DNA from: an archaeon
GTDB taxonomy: Archaea > Iainarchaeota > Iainarchaeia > Iainarchaeales > JAAZKV01
DNA: 64,000 nucleotides
Reading direction: 5' to 3'
NCBI GenBank assembly: GCA_041653195.1
Contig: JBAZFU010000001.1
Span: 70,545-134,544, forward strand
Positions 46,508 to 56,071 of the stretch are shown in pieces (the stretch's first letter is position 1; the number at the start of each line of letters is the position of its first letter). Below the pieces are notes generated by a model. It did no database searches and was not told the DNA's origin. It saw only the letters and a list, made by a program, of their open reading frames with translations. Made by a program: the position numbers and the translations under genes.

Positions 46508-47617
46508 CTACCCGAAAGGTCTCGCGTTCCTGCGGAGCATTACCTTTGTTCCGACCTTATCGATTAACTTCTCGTAAATAATATTAATTTCATTCGGAGT
46601 GAGACGCGCGCGCAAATCCGCTTCAATCAAAATGCTCGGATAAACGTATTCTTTGTGCAAACAGCTTAGCGAAAAGACTGTTTCAGAAATTTCGTCCGCG
46701 CATTTTTTCAAACCGTCGCCGGAATTTTTTTTGCAAATGAATTCGACGCGCAAAGGCTTATCATGCGCCGAGGCTTTCAAATAAAAAACAAAAATGCTCT
46801 CCGACCACTGCTTCGAATAATCCTTCAAAATCGCGTGATTATCAGTGTTTTTCGTGTAAGGAAAAGCGAAGGTGCGCTCGCCCTCATTCAAAAAATAATC
46901 AAGGAAAACAGAGTCAAAAGTTTTTTCTAACGTGCCACGCGAAACCGAAATTTTTGATTTCGGCAAAATTTCTTCGCGCATAATCTGATTAAACCGCGAA
47001 CCGCGGGAATCCTCAACACAAGAAATTAGAGTGCACGAATTTTTTTCAGCTGCGGAGTAAAGGCTTTGAAAACACTCCACAATAGAATGATAATCGGCAT
47101 TGATTTCGGATTCTTTGCGCGGCTTGTCCTGATACTGTGGAACAATAGAACCGTCAATAAAAAAATATTTCGGCTTAAATTTTTCAATAACCTCAATTGA
47201 AAGAGAAACTTCTTTCCTCAACCTTTCGAGAGAAGTACTCTGCCCCACTTCATCGTTTTCAAGGGAAGAGCGGAGCATAATCGGCTCGGGAAAAGAAACT
47301 ACTCTCGGCAAATAAGCGGAATTTTGCAACAATCCTTCCCTGTACTCAAAAACCACGCCCGCCGCTTTAATCAGCAAGAGGTCGAGAAAGGCGAGCTTCT
47401 TCGGAACGAAACCGGAATCAACGCCTGCAACGACAGCAGAAAGCTGAATTCTTTTAACAGGAACAACAACATTCTCAACAGAATCGGGCGCACCCTGAAT
47501 TTTTAGCGGAACTAATTTGCTGCTCAACGCCTCATGGAACGAGTGATACTGCTGAATGGCAGAAACAGCCCTATCCATAAAATCGTTGATGGCCATGAAG
47601 ACAGCCAATAAAAGCAA
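46508..47617 (-). CDS. nurA: NurA-like 5'-3' nuclease
   Basis: 369 aa; conserved IDGS motif (KYFFIDGSIVPQ); adjacent to herA. Confidence 0.55.
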   Translation of the reverse strand: MLLLAVFMAINDFMDRAVSAIQQYHSFHEALSSKLVPLKIQGAPDSVENVVVPVKRIQLSAVVAGVDSGFVPKKLAFLDLLLIKAAGVVFEYREGLLQNSAYLPRVVSFPEPIMLRSSLENDEVGQSTSLERLRKEVSLSIEVIEKFKPKYFFIDGSIVPQYQDKPRKESEINADYHSIVECFQSLYSAAEKNSCTLISCVEDSRGSRFNQIMREEILPKSKISVSRGTLEKTFDSVFLDYFLNEGERTFAFPYTKNTDNHAILKDYSKQWSESIFVFYLKASAHDKPLRVEFICKKNSGDGLKKCADEISETVFSLSCLHKEYVYPSILIEADLRARLTPNEINIIYEKLIDKVGTKVMLRRNARPFG

Positions 47618-47680
47618 AATAGAAAGAATTCTTTAATATAAAAAGGTTTTGAGAGCAACGTGCCGGTCGAAGAGCAATAG

Positions 47681-47710
47681 TTTTCGCCAGCCTTTTAGAA
47701 AAAGGCTGAA
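47681..47710 (-). repeat. hairpin + GGCGAAAAC unit immediately 3' of tRNA-Ala(GGC)
   Basis: Minus: TTCAGCCTTTTTCTAAAAGGCTGGCGAAAAC. Confidence 0.55.
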
Positions 47711-47781
47711 TGGACCCTGCGGGAATCGAACTCGCATCAAATCCATGCCATGGATCTAGCTTAACCATTAGCAGAAGGGCC
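47711..47781 (-). tRNA. tRNA-Ala (anticodon GGC)
   Basis: Manual fold: acceptor GGGCCCT/AGGGTCC with G3:U70; anticodon stem GATCC/GGATT, loop ATGGCAT; T-arm with one mismatch; 71 nt. Confidence 0.7.
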
Positions 47782-47895
47782 CTGCCACAAAAATAGTCTG
47801 AGAAAAACTATTAAAAAGAAACCAGAGACAAAACAAAACGGAAAAATGAAACCGAACCAAATCCTTTAAATACCTTCATATGAAGAATAATTCAT

Positions 47896-48216
47896 ATGAA
47901 AGTTGATTCATTTGAACACACATGCGGGCTTAATTGCTTCGAAGTTCTTGGCAACAAACTCAGAGTTTCAATAATAAAATCGCTTATAAAGAAGCCGAAA
48001 ACCGTTCAGCAATTATGCAAAGAGCTGGGAAAGGAACAAAGCGCGGTGAGCCATGCACTTGCACAACTCAGAAAATGCAATTTTGTTGATTACAAAAGAA
48101 AAGGAAAAGAGAAAGAATATTTTCTGAAGAGCGGAATCTTCACCGAAAAAATGAACAAACCGCTTTTTGAAGCGATTGAGGAACACGCGAAAAAACACTG
48201 CGGAGCGAAAAAATAA
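47896..48216 (+). CDS. ArsR-family HTH transcriptional regulator
   Basis: 106 aa; wHTH (LRVSIIKSLIKKPKTVQQLCKELGKEQSAVSHALAQLRK). Confidence 0.65.
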   Translation: MKVDSFEHTCGLNCFEVLGNKLRVSIIKSLIKKPKTVQQLCKELGKEQSAVSHALAQLRKCNFVDYKRKGKEKEYFLKSGIFTEKMNKPLFEAIEEHAKKHCGAKK

Positions 48217-48246
48217 AAAAAGAAAAAATAAAAAAAGTGAGTTTAA

Positions 48247-49446
48247 ATGAAAAATGGAAAAACCAAAAAAGCAAAAGAAATTTACTTGGATTACAGCGCA
48301 ACAACTCCTGTGCGCGCGGAAGTGCTGAAAGAGGCACTGCCCTATTTTTCTGAAAAATACGGAAACCCGAGCAGTTTCCATTCGCGCGGACTTGAAGCGA
48401 AAAATGCGATTGAAAGCGCAAGAAAAAGAATCGCGAAAATTCTTGGCTGCGAAGAGGATGAAATAATTTTCTGCGGAAGCGGAACCGAAAGCATAAACTT
48501 GGCAATAAAAGGAATCGCATTCAGAGAAATGACTGCGGGAAAAAGAGGGCACTTCATTACGCAAAAAACAGAACACGAAGCGGTTCTGAAAACGATGAAA
48601 TGGCTCGAGAAGATTGGATTCAAAGTCACTTATTTAGATGTTGATAATGACGGATTGATTGATTTGGGAGAATTAACGCGGAGCATAAGAGAAGACACGC
48701 TGCTGGTTTCAATAATGTACGCGAACAACGAAGTCGGAACAATACAACCAATAAAACAAATAGCAGAAATCTGCCACTCGAAAGGAGTGCCTTTCCACAC
48801 AGACGCATGCCAGGCTTCCGAATATTTGGATTTGAATGTCAAAAGGCTTGGCGCAGATATGATGACGCTAAATGGAAGCAAAGTTTACTCGTTCAAAGGA
48901 ACAGGGCTGCTTTACAAGAAAAAAGAAATTGAAATCGAAGCACTAATACACGGCGGCGGACAGGAAAGCGGAGCAAGATCGGGAACGGAAAATGTTCCGG
49001 GAATAGTGGCGATGGCGAAAGCACTGGAAATCGCGGAGCATGAGAAAAAAAAAGAGTCAAAGCGCGTTGCGGGGCTGAGAGATTATTTTATTGAAAAAGT
49101 GGAAAAGGAAATTCCGAAAGCGAAGCTGAACGGCCACAGAACGAAGCGGCTGCCGAACAACGTTAACTTCTCTTTTATAGGAGTTGAGGGAGAAGGGCTG
49201 ATACTTTACATGAACGAAGAAGGAGTAAGGTTGAGCACGGGCTCCGCCTGCAGTTCAAAATCATTAAACCCGAGCCACGTGCTAACCGCGATGGGAATAT
49301 CGCACGGAACGGCGCACGGAAGCATAAGATTCTCGCTTGGAAAAGGAACTACAAAAAAAGATTTGGATTTCACGATTAAAAAATTAAAGGAAAAAGTAAA
49401 TTTTTTAAGAAAAATTTCTCCGGCTTGGCACGGAGTGGAAGAATAA
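48247..49446 (+). CDS. iscS: cysteine desulfurase (IscS/NifS family)
   Basis: 399 aa; class V aminotransferase; PLP-Lys region (NGSKVY); active-site Cys loop SACSS. Confidence 0.85.
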   Translation: MKNGKTKKAKEIYLDYSATTPVRAEVLKEALPYFSEKYGNPSSFHSRGLEAKNAIESARKRIAKILGCEEDEIIFCGSGTESINLAIKGIAFREMTAGKRGHFITQKTEHEAVLKTMKWLEKIGFKVTYLDVDNDGLIDLGELTRSIREDTLLVSIMYANNEVGTIQPIKQIAEICHSKGVPFHTDACQASEYLDLNVKRLGADMMTLNGSKVYSFKGTGLLYKKKEIEIEALIHGGGQESGARSGTENVPGIVAMAKALEIAEHEKKKESKRVAGLRDYFIEKVEKEIPKAKLNGHRTKRLPNNVNFSFIGVEGEGLILYMNEEGVRLSTGSACSSKSLNPSHVLTAMGISHGTAHGSIRFSLGKGTTKKDLDFTIKKLKEKVNFLRKISPAWHGVEE

Positions 49447-49457
49447 GGTGATGAAAA

Positions 49458-49889
49458 ATGAAAGTTGAAGGACAAGACTGGTTCTATTCGGAAACGGTCA
49501 AAGAACATTTCATGAAACCAAAAAATTTCATAAAAGACATGAAAGAAGTCGAAGGATTCGACGGATACGGAAAAACAGGAAACATGAAATGCGGCGACGT
49601 AATGGAAATGTGGATAAAAATTTCAAACGGAAAAATAAAAGGATGCAAGTGGAGAACATTCGGCTGCGCGAGTGCTATTGCGGCGACTTCAATGCTTTCA
49701 GTAATGGTAACGGAAAAAGGCGGAATGAAAATCGAAGATGCTTTGAAGATAACAGGAAACGACATAATGAAAAGGCTCGGGGGCTTGCCTGCAGTAAAAA
49801 TACACTGCTCGGTTTTGGGCGACCAGGCGCTAAGAGAAGCCGTGAAAGACTACGAGCAAAAGAATAAAAACAAAAAGAAGCTTAATTAA
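49458..49889 (+). CDS. iscU: IscU/NifU-like Fe-S cluster scaffold
   Basis: 143 aa; three conserved Cys (GCKWRTFGCASAIAATS … IHCSVLG). Confidence 0.85.
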   Translation: MKVEGQDWFYSETVKEHFMKPKNFIKDMKEVEGFDGYGKTGNMKCGDVMEMWIKISNGKIKGCKWRTFGCASAIAATSMLSVMVTEKGGMKIEDALKITGNDIMKRLGGLPAVKIHCSVLGDQALREAVKDYEQKNKNKKKLN

Positions 49890-49897
49890 ACGGAAAC

Positions 49898-50248
49898 GTG
49901 AAAACTATGGAACTCACACAATACATAATAGTAAACAACGGCCTGAAGATGCAAAAAGGAAAGATTGCAGCGCAATCGGCCCACGCATCGGTGCAAGTAC
50001 TCGAAAAAGTTGATTCGGAAATAATTGAAGAATGGAAAGCCGGCGGAATGAAAAAAATTGTTTTAAAAGTAAAAGACGAAACAGAACTGCTTGAATTATT
50101 TGAAAGAGCAAAAAGAGAATTGCCGTGCGCACTCATAAGGGACGCGGGACATACGCAGGTCGCGCCTGGCTCGAAAACATGCTTCGCGTGCGGACCCGTT
50201 GACGAATCGAAGGCCGCGAAATATTTCAAGCAACTGAAACTGCTTTAA
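49898..50248 (+). CDS. pth2: peptidyl-tRNA hydrolase Pth2
   Basis: 116 aa; archaeal PTH2 pattern (KMQKGKIAAQSAHAS … GPVDE). Confidence 0.8.
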   Translation: MKTMELTQYIIVNNGLKMQKGKIAAQSAHASVQVLEKVDSEIIEEWKAGGMKKIVLKVKDETELLELFERAKRELPCALIRDAGHTQVAPGSKTCFACGPVDESKAAKYFKQLKLL

Positions 50249-50272
50249 AAAAATAGCTGCATTAATTACTAT

Positions 50273-51043
50273 ATGAAAAAAAGCTTTACACAGCAAATAG
50301 ACATCCTCATACAGGAAAGCGACATACTACTCGAAATACTTGACTCAAGATTTCCGGACAAAACACGAAACGAAAAACTCGAAAAAAAAATACTCGGAAA
50401 AAGAAAAAAACTAATCGTCGTTCTGAATAAAGCGGACTTGCGGACAAAGGAAGAGCTCGAGGAAACAAAGCGACAGGTTTCATCGCAAATCAAAGCGCGA
50501 ATAGTTTTCATTTCGGCAAAAGACCGCGACGGAATAAACCTGCTAAAAAGAGAAATTGCGATTGCAAAAGGAAGCAACAAAACAGCAGTCATCGGACTAC
50601 TTGGCTACCCGAACTCGGGAAAAAGCACGCTAATAAACGCACTCGCTGGAGCCGGGAGGGCAAGGGTTCGCGTATCAAGAAAAGCCGGATTCACGCGCGG
50701 CTTGCAAAGAATAAAGGTTGAGGAAGGAATTTATTTGATAGATGCACCCGGAATAATTCCTATCGACAAGAAAGACGAATTTGATTTATTTTTGGTGAGT
50801 GCGAGAAACCCTAATCAGTTGAAGGATGTGGAAACAATCGCGATAAAAATGATTCAATTTCTCGGAAAGAAAAAACTATCGGAAAAATTCGGAATAAGCG
50901 AAAGCGAACTCGAAAAACTTGACGAAGAAGAAACACTCGAAGCGATTGCAATAAAAAAAAGCTGGCTCGCAACAGGCGGAAAAGGAAACGTTGAACGAGC
51001 GGCGAGAGAACTGCTCGAAATGTTCCAAAGGAATGAGATTTGA
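50273..51043 (+). CDS. circularly permuted ribosome-biogenesis GTPase (YlqF/RbgA-like)
   Basis: 256 aa; G4 (VVLNKADL) precedes G1 (GYPNSGKST) and G3 (DAPG). Confidence 0.7.
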   Translation: MKKSFTQQIDILIQESDILLEILDSRFPDKTRNEKLEKKILGKRKKLIVVLNKADLRTKEELEETKRQVSSQIKARIVFISAKDRDGINLLKREIAIAKGSNKTAVIGLLGYPNSGKSTLINALAGAGRARVRVSRKAGFTRGLQRIKVEEGIYLIDAPGIIPIDKKDEFDLFLVSARNPNQLKDVETIAIKMIQFLGKKKLSEKFGISESELEKLDEEETLEAIAIKKSWLATGGKGNVERAARELLEMFQRNEI

Positions 51044-51062
51044 AAAAACAGTTAAAAAAAAT

Positions 51063-52157
51063 TTAAACAAACCCGAATAAAACAACTATTCCAAGTGCGA
51101 GCATAACCAATCCTGCAACAAGGTGCAACTTCCTCAAATTATTCTCTTTCCACTTTGAAGCCGAATCCACATTCGCGAATCCGAAATAAAGAAGCAAAGT
51201 AATTGCAATCAACGGCAAAACAAAAAACATGTTATAAAGCAACAAAATCGGTATTGCCGAAAGGAAAGTTGCGCGCTCCGCGAGCAATCCCAAAATAAAA
51301 ATATAAGGCCCGCCGGTGCAAGGCAATTCAAAAAGGCAAACCGCGAAACCCATAACGAAGGCACCGAACGGAGAAGTTACTGTGCCAAGCATTTTCTTCA
51401 AAGTCGGACGCCAACTCCGCGGAATTTCCATAACAAACCCTCCGCCCCCATACCAAAAATAATCCTTAATATTCGCCAAGCCGACTAAAATCGCCAACGC
51501 CCCGACAAGTTTGTAAAACAAATAAGAAACTCCTGAAATTTGAATTGCGGAAAATAATCCAAGCCCGAACAAAAAATAAGAAATATAAATTGAAATTGTG
51601 AATGCGATTCCGGCTTTTAACGCCCTCTTTTTCCCGCCCGAAGCAACCAAGGCACCAAACAAAATCAAAAGAACTGCAATCGCACAAGGATTAATCGAAT
51701 CAACTATTGCGGCACCGATAATTGTCATGAGCGAGAGTGTTCCGATATCATTAGAAGAGCCCCCTGCATGCGAAGCAATAATACTCTCAATATTCGGGCA
51801 CGAAGTGTTTTTGTCCGAAAGCAGGCGCGACTCAAAATCATTCATTATTTTAGAATCGCCGACAAAGTAATCATTTCCGAAAAAAACTACCGGGACGCCG
51901 CGTTCATTTGAGGGCACGCCAAAAGCGTCAAAATAATCGTTAAACAAAGAAGCATTGCTTTTATTGCCGTAAATTTCGAATTTCTCAACTCTCAGCCAAG
52001 AATACTTCGATTCAAGAGAGGAAAGAAAGGGTTCTACTTTTGCGCAATGCACACAACCGTTTCCGTAAAAAAAATAAGCGCACGCCGAATCTGCAAAAGA
52101 ATAAGAAACTAAAAAAATAAGAAAAATTGCAAAAACAAAATTTCTTTCGAAGCGCAA
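51063..52157 (-). CDS. thioredoxin-like domain fused to DsbD/CcdA-type transmembrane thiol-disulfide transporter
   Basis: 364 aa; CVHC thioredoxin motif; C-terminal polytopic domain with paired Cys (… CLFELPCTGGPY). Confidence 0.65.
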   Translation of the reverse strand: MRFERNFVFAIFLIFLVSYSFADSACAYFFYGNGCVHCAKVEPFLSSLESKYSWLRVEKFEIYGNKSNASLFNDYFDAFGVPSNERGVPVVFFGNDYFVGDSKIMNDFESRLLSDKNTSCPNIESIIASHAGGSSNDIGTLSLMTIIGAAIVDSINPCAIAVLLILFGALVASGGKKRALKAGIAFTISIYISYFLFGLGLFSAIQISGVSYLFYKLVGALAILVGLANIKDYFWYGGGGFVMEIPRSWRPTLKKMLGTVTSPFGAFVMGFAVCLFELPCTGGPYIFILGLLAERATFLSAIPILLLYNMFFVLPLIAITLLLYFGFANVDSASKWKENNLRKLHLVAGLVMLALGIVVLFGFV

Positions 52158-52172
52158 AAAAACACCTTAAAA

Positions 52173-52472
52173 CTATTTCCTATGAAACTTGAAGCTCCCG
52201 CCCTCAATCCTTATCGCTTTTCCGTTAACAATTGCATCGGCAATTTTTTTTCTCGCCGAAATAACGAGACGATGAAAAGTCGGCTGGGAAATGCCCATTT
52301 TTTTCGCCGCTTCGCCCTGCTCGAATTCCAAAAGATCTTTTAGGCGCACCGCCTCAAATTCCTCAACAAAAAGAACAACCTCTTCGAGTTCCGTAAGCCT
52401 AATGCCCGCCGGCTTGAAGTAATCAACAGTCGGCTCGAAGCCGACGCGCCTGCAAATCCTAGGTCTTGGCAT
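52173..52472 (-). CDS. DUF134 (UPF0251) family putative DNA-binding protein
   Basis: 99 aa; MPRPRICRRV N-terminus characteristic of DUF134. Confidence 0.7.
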   Translation of the reverse strand: MPRPRICRRVGFEPTVDYFKPAGIRLTELEEVVLFVEEFEAVRLKDLLEFEQGEAAKKMGISQPTFHRLVISARKKIADAIVNGKAIRIEGGSFKFHRK

Positions 52473-52544
52473 AAAAAAGCACTAACGAATAATTATTCAC
52501 AACCATATTTAAATATTATTTGAAAGGGCTGCGAGCCCTTCCAA

Positions 52545-52787
52545 TTATTTCAATTCTTTTAATTTTTTCTTGATGGCTTCCTTTTCGGCTTCGAGTTCTT
52601 TCAAATTCGATTCAAGAATTTTTTTCTCATCAATTTCAGTTAAGGCATCGCTTTCCGCAAACCTGTAACCTAAGCCTCTTCCGAAGCCCCTGCCGAAACC
52701 GCGTTTAAATCCGCAGCCGCACGGGCCCAAGCCCCTTCCAGTCATCGGACCAAATCCATTTGGTCCTTTTCCATTGTATCCTGGCAT
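52545..52787 (-). CDS. DUF5320-like small Gly/Arg-rich protein
   Basis: 80 aa; MPGYNGKGPNGFGPMTGRGLGPCGCG N-terminus, coiled-coil tail. Confidence 0.5.
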   Translation of the reverse strand: MPGYNGKGPNGFGPMTGRGLGPCGCGFKRGFGRGFGRGLGYRFAESDALTEIDEKKILESNLKELEAEKEAIKKKLKELK

Positions 52788-52842
52788 AAAATATCACCTC
52801 TTTATTTATTTTTTTATTAACTTCAATGTTTTTGAAATCTAA

Positions 52843-52935
52843 TTATTTTTTTCTTTTTGGCTTCGGGCAGTTTCCCAACCCTCTGCCCGTTCTTTTGCCC
52901 TTTCCTCTCGGGCCTGTTCCGTCTCTATTTGGCAT
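52843..52935 (-). CDS. DUF5320-like micro-protein (30 aa)
   Basis: Not in ORF track; MPNRDGTGPRGKGKRTGRGLGNCPKPKRKK; paralogous N-terminus to 52545 gene. Confidence 0.3.
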   Translation of the reverse strand: MPNRDGTGPRGKGKRTGRGLGNCPKPKRKK

Positions 52936-53285
52936 AAAATTACCTCCCTTAAACTATTCTTGTTCTGAATTCTTATTCAAAACATAATGAATACTTATTC
53001 ATAACCTTTTAAAAAGGTTCCGCCGAACGAAAAAATCCGCGAAAATACTGAAAACAAAGGAGTTAAAGCTGAGAAACATTCTCAATAATCTTCTTCAACA
53101 AAACTTTCTTCTTAATCGATTTTTCCTTAGAAAGACGCATTTTCAGCTCGTCCAAAATATCGTCGTTTGAAAGCTTCATAAAAACCAATTCCTCAAAAAT
53201 CAACCGTTTAAAACCAAGCTCTGTTAGAAAAAATTTGGAATGAATTGTTTTTAAAGAAATACTACAAACAAAACTTAACAAACTT

Positions 53286-53666
53286 TCAACAAATATTTCT
53301 GACTTCGCATTTGCCATCATTGCATTCTGGAACCATTTTACACAAAAAATTATTGAGCTGTGACGCACATTCAACCTGACTTAGCCATTGCCTGGATTTG
53401 ATAAAATTTTCTATCTTTGGCGCCTCAGCCCTATTAACGTAATTTAAAACACAACAATCTGGAACCGACACGACATTTAGCCTAACACAATCATCGTTCG
53501 TATCGCAATAATTTGCTTTTTCAATTTTACCGCACATCTCAATCATTGCCAAATCTTCCATATTCATTAACAATCTTTCCAAAAATTTTAAATTCACTGC
53601 CAACATTAATGCAATTACAAAAATAACAATTATTACGAGAACAAATATTTTGCGCATAACCCTCAA
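53286..53666 (-). CDS. small secreted Cys-rich protein
   Basis: 126 aa; N-terminal signal peptide; 9 Cys; overlaps alternative ORF 53063..53374 (lower confidence). Confidence 0.4.
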   Translation of the reverse strand: MRVMRKIFVLVIIVIFVIALMLAVNLKFLERLLMNMEDLAMIEMCGKIEKANYCDTNDDCVRLNVVSVPDCCVLNYVNRAEAPKIENFIKSRQWLSQVECASQLNNFLCKMVPECNDGKCEVRNIC

Positions 53667-54094
53667 CCCTTAACAAGCTTCAACTGCGACTGCGAACCCA
53701 AAATTACGCCCAAATCAACACCTTTAAGTTTCGCTTCGTGCAAAGAAATCATGTAATTTTTACCTGCTTTGTGAAAAGCATCGGCGCGGACAAAAAGCCA
53801 GCCGGCATTAGGAACCTTCCATGCGATAAAAAACTCGGCGCCCGCGGTTTCAGCCCAGCCAACTTCCTCAGCCATATTGATGTGAGGGATTGCAAGGTGA
53901 TTACCTTTCCAGGCTTTGCATTCAAAGGCGATAATGCGCCCCTTTTTGAGAGCAATAACATCCGGGCACGGAAGAGGATTTACTCCCGAGCCTGCGACAC
54001 GCGTAACGGCGAAGCCCGCGCGAAAAAGCTCTTTAATGAGCTCTCTTTCGGCATTTGCACCCTTATTGTAGTGAGTCATTCGAAATCGCTCCAA
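53663..54094 (-). CDS. hjc: Holliday junction resolvase Hjc
   Basis: 143 aa; KGANAERELIKELFRAGFAVTRVAGSG … PDVIALKKGRIIAFECKA matches Hjc catalytic core. Confidence 0.8.
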   Translation of the reverse strand: MERFRMTHYNKGANAERELIKELFRAGFAVTRVAGSGVNPLPCPDVIALKKGRIIAFECKAWKGNHLAIPHINMAEEVGWAETAGAEFFIAWKVPNAGWLFVRADAFHKAGKNYMISLHEAKLKGVDLGVILGSQSQLKLVKG

Positions 54095-54147
54095 ACGGAT
54101 AAATTTATATACACTTTACTGGGAAGGTTTTTTATACATAGGCAGAA

Positions 54148-54420
54148 TTGTTTGTGTTTAAAGTGGAAACAATAATAAGTTTGAGAGTCTCGGCAGGCAG
54201 AAGAAAATTCTCCATGCACTGGGACGATGAAAAAAAAGTTTTGTTTATCGAAACTAAAGAAAAGGCTTTGAAAGGAAAAGCCAATATTGAAATTTTGAAA
54301 GAAACGAAAAAATTCTTCAAAACTGAAACAAGGATTGTTTCCGGCGAAAAAAACAAAAACAAAATAATAAAAGTAATGACCTCGAAAGAAGAGGTTATGA
54401 AAAAACTTATTCCAAACTAA
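54148..54420 (+). CDS. hypothetical small basic protein
   Basis: 90-aa ORF; no motif. Confidence 0.3.
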   Translation: MFVFKVETIISLRVSAGRRKFSMHWDDEKKVLFIETKEKALKGKANIEILKETKKFFKTETRIVSGEKNKNKIIKVMTSKEEVMKKLIPN

Positions 54421-54560
54421 TTCTGCAAATGCAAAAAACTGTGGCGCAAAATGAGTTAATTCAGAATAGCGCTACAAGTTCCAAAAATAAAAAGAATGCA
54501 AAAAAAATTGCAATACAAAAATAAGAGCGAAAAATATTCGCAAAAAGGAGATGATTAGCA

Positions 54561-55994
54561 ATGGCAAAAACATATTTAGGAACAGTAAAATACGAAATAC
54601 AAGCAAGCTACGAAGTTGAGGGAGTAGTTGAAAAACCCGACATAGTCGGAGCAATATTCGGACAATCTGAGGGCTTACTCGGAGAAGACATGGACCTCAA
54701 AGAATTACAGCAAAACGGAAAAATCGGAAGAATAGAAATCACTGTAAAAAAAGGAAAGGGAACAACCGAAGGAGAAATAATAATTCCGAGCTCGCTTGAC
54801 AGAGTAAAAACAAGTATACTCGCCGCGGCCATGGAAACCGTTGAAAAGGTTGGACCGTGCGGAGCAAAAGTGAAGGTGAACAAAATAACCGACACGAGAA
54901 AAGAAAAACGAGAACAAATAACCGACAGGGCACAGCAATTGCTCAAACAAATGATGAAATTTGAGGGCGCGGAAAGCGGCGAGCTGGCGGAAACAATCAA
55001 AGCAGGAGTGAGAACCGAAAAAATTGTGAACATAGACGGAATGGCTGCGGGCCCGGATGTCGAGGAAAGCGATTCAATAATAGTTGTTGAAGGAAGAGCA
55101 GATGTTCTAAAACTTTTGAGCTACGGAATAAAGACCGCGATTGAAATGAACGGAAGCAATATTTCAAAAGCACTCATCGAACTGTGCAAATCAAAGAATG
55201 TAACAGTTCTAACCGACGGAGATAGGGGCGGAGAACTCAACGCAAAAAAACTTGCGCAACTAACAAAAGTTGATTTCATTGCAAGCGCGCCAGACGGAAA
55301 AGAAGTTGAGGAACTAACGCAAAAAGAAATTTTGCAGGCATTGAAAAAAAGAAGACCCGCTTCAGAAACACCCGGAAGAGAGTTCGTTCCACGCAGAGAA
55401 GAAAGACACGAAAATTATTCTAGACCATACGAACAAAGGTATCCGCAGCGAAGCGGATATGGAGAAAGAAATCCGCAGGGCTACCATGACCGAAGAGATA
55501 ACGCGCCTCGCTATGATGATCGAAGAAACAGCTATGACAGGCCATTTCGTTCGGACAGATTTGGAGAAAACAGAAACGGGCCAAGGCAGTTTGATAACCG
55601 CGACCGAAGACCAAGATTTGATGACAGAGGAGAAAGACCTCAATTCAACGACAGATTCAGAAACAATTACTACGAACAAAGAGAAGCGCCAAGATACGAA
55701 GTAAGAGAAGAAATTCCTGCGGAAATACTGGCACTCAAAAAAGATCTTGAATCTCTAAAGGGAAAAGTAAAGGCAAGGTTCCTTGACGAAAAGAAAAAGA
55801 AAATAAAAGACGTTGCAGTAAAGGAAATGCTTGAAACGCTAAAAAAAAGCAAGAAAAAGGTCGACACAGTAATATTCGACGGAATAATCACTCAAAGAGT
55901 AATTGATGCTGCAGAAGAAAAAGGCGTCAAAAATGTTGTGGGCGTAAAAAAAGCCGGCATAACTTTGAAAACTGCGAAAGCATACTCACTGTAA
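54561..55994 (+). CDS. dnaG: archaeal DnaG-like primase (Toprim) with Arg/Asp-rich low-complexity insert
   Basis: 477 aa; archaeal DnaG N-terminus (MAKTYLGTVKYEIQASYEVEGVVEKPDIVGAIFGQSEGLLG); Toprim IIVVEGRADV; about 110-aa RDxR-rich insert. Confidence 0.8.
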   Translation: MAKTYLGTVKYEIQASYEVEGVVEKPDIVGAIFGQSEGLLGEDMDLKELQQNGKIGRIEITVKKGKGTTEGEIIIPSSLDRVKTSILAAAMETVEKVGPCGAKVKVNKITDTRKEKREQITDRAQQLLKQMMKFEGAESGELAETIKAGVRTEKIVNIDGMAAGPDVEESDSIIVVEGRADVLKLLSYGIKTAIEMNGSNISKALIELCKSKNVTVLTDGDRGGELNAKKLAQLTKVDFIASAPDGKEVEELTQKEILQALKKRRPASETPGREFVPRREERHENYSRPYEQRYPQRSGYGERNPQGYHDRRDNAPRYDDRRNSYDRPFRSDRFGENRNGPRQFDNRDRRPRFDDRGERPQFNDRFRNNYYEQREAPRYEVREEIPAEILALKKDLESLKGKVKARFLDEKKKKIKDVAVKEMLETLKKSKKKVDTVIFDGIITQRVIDAAEEKGVKNVVGVKKAGITLKTAKAYSL

Positions 55995-56071
55995 AAGCGT
56001 TAGCTAACGCGAGTTAAAAAAAAATAGAAAATTGGAAAGGAAAGCTCATTTGCTTTCCCTTTCAAAAAAAA

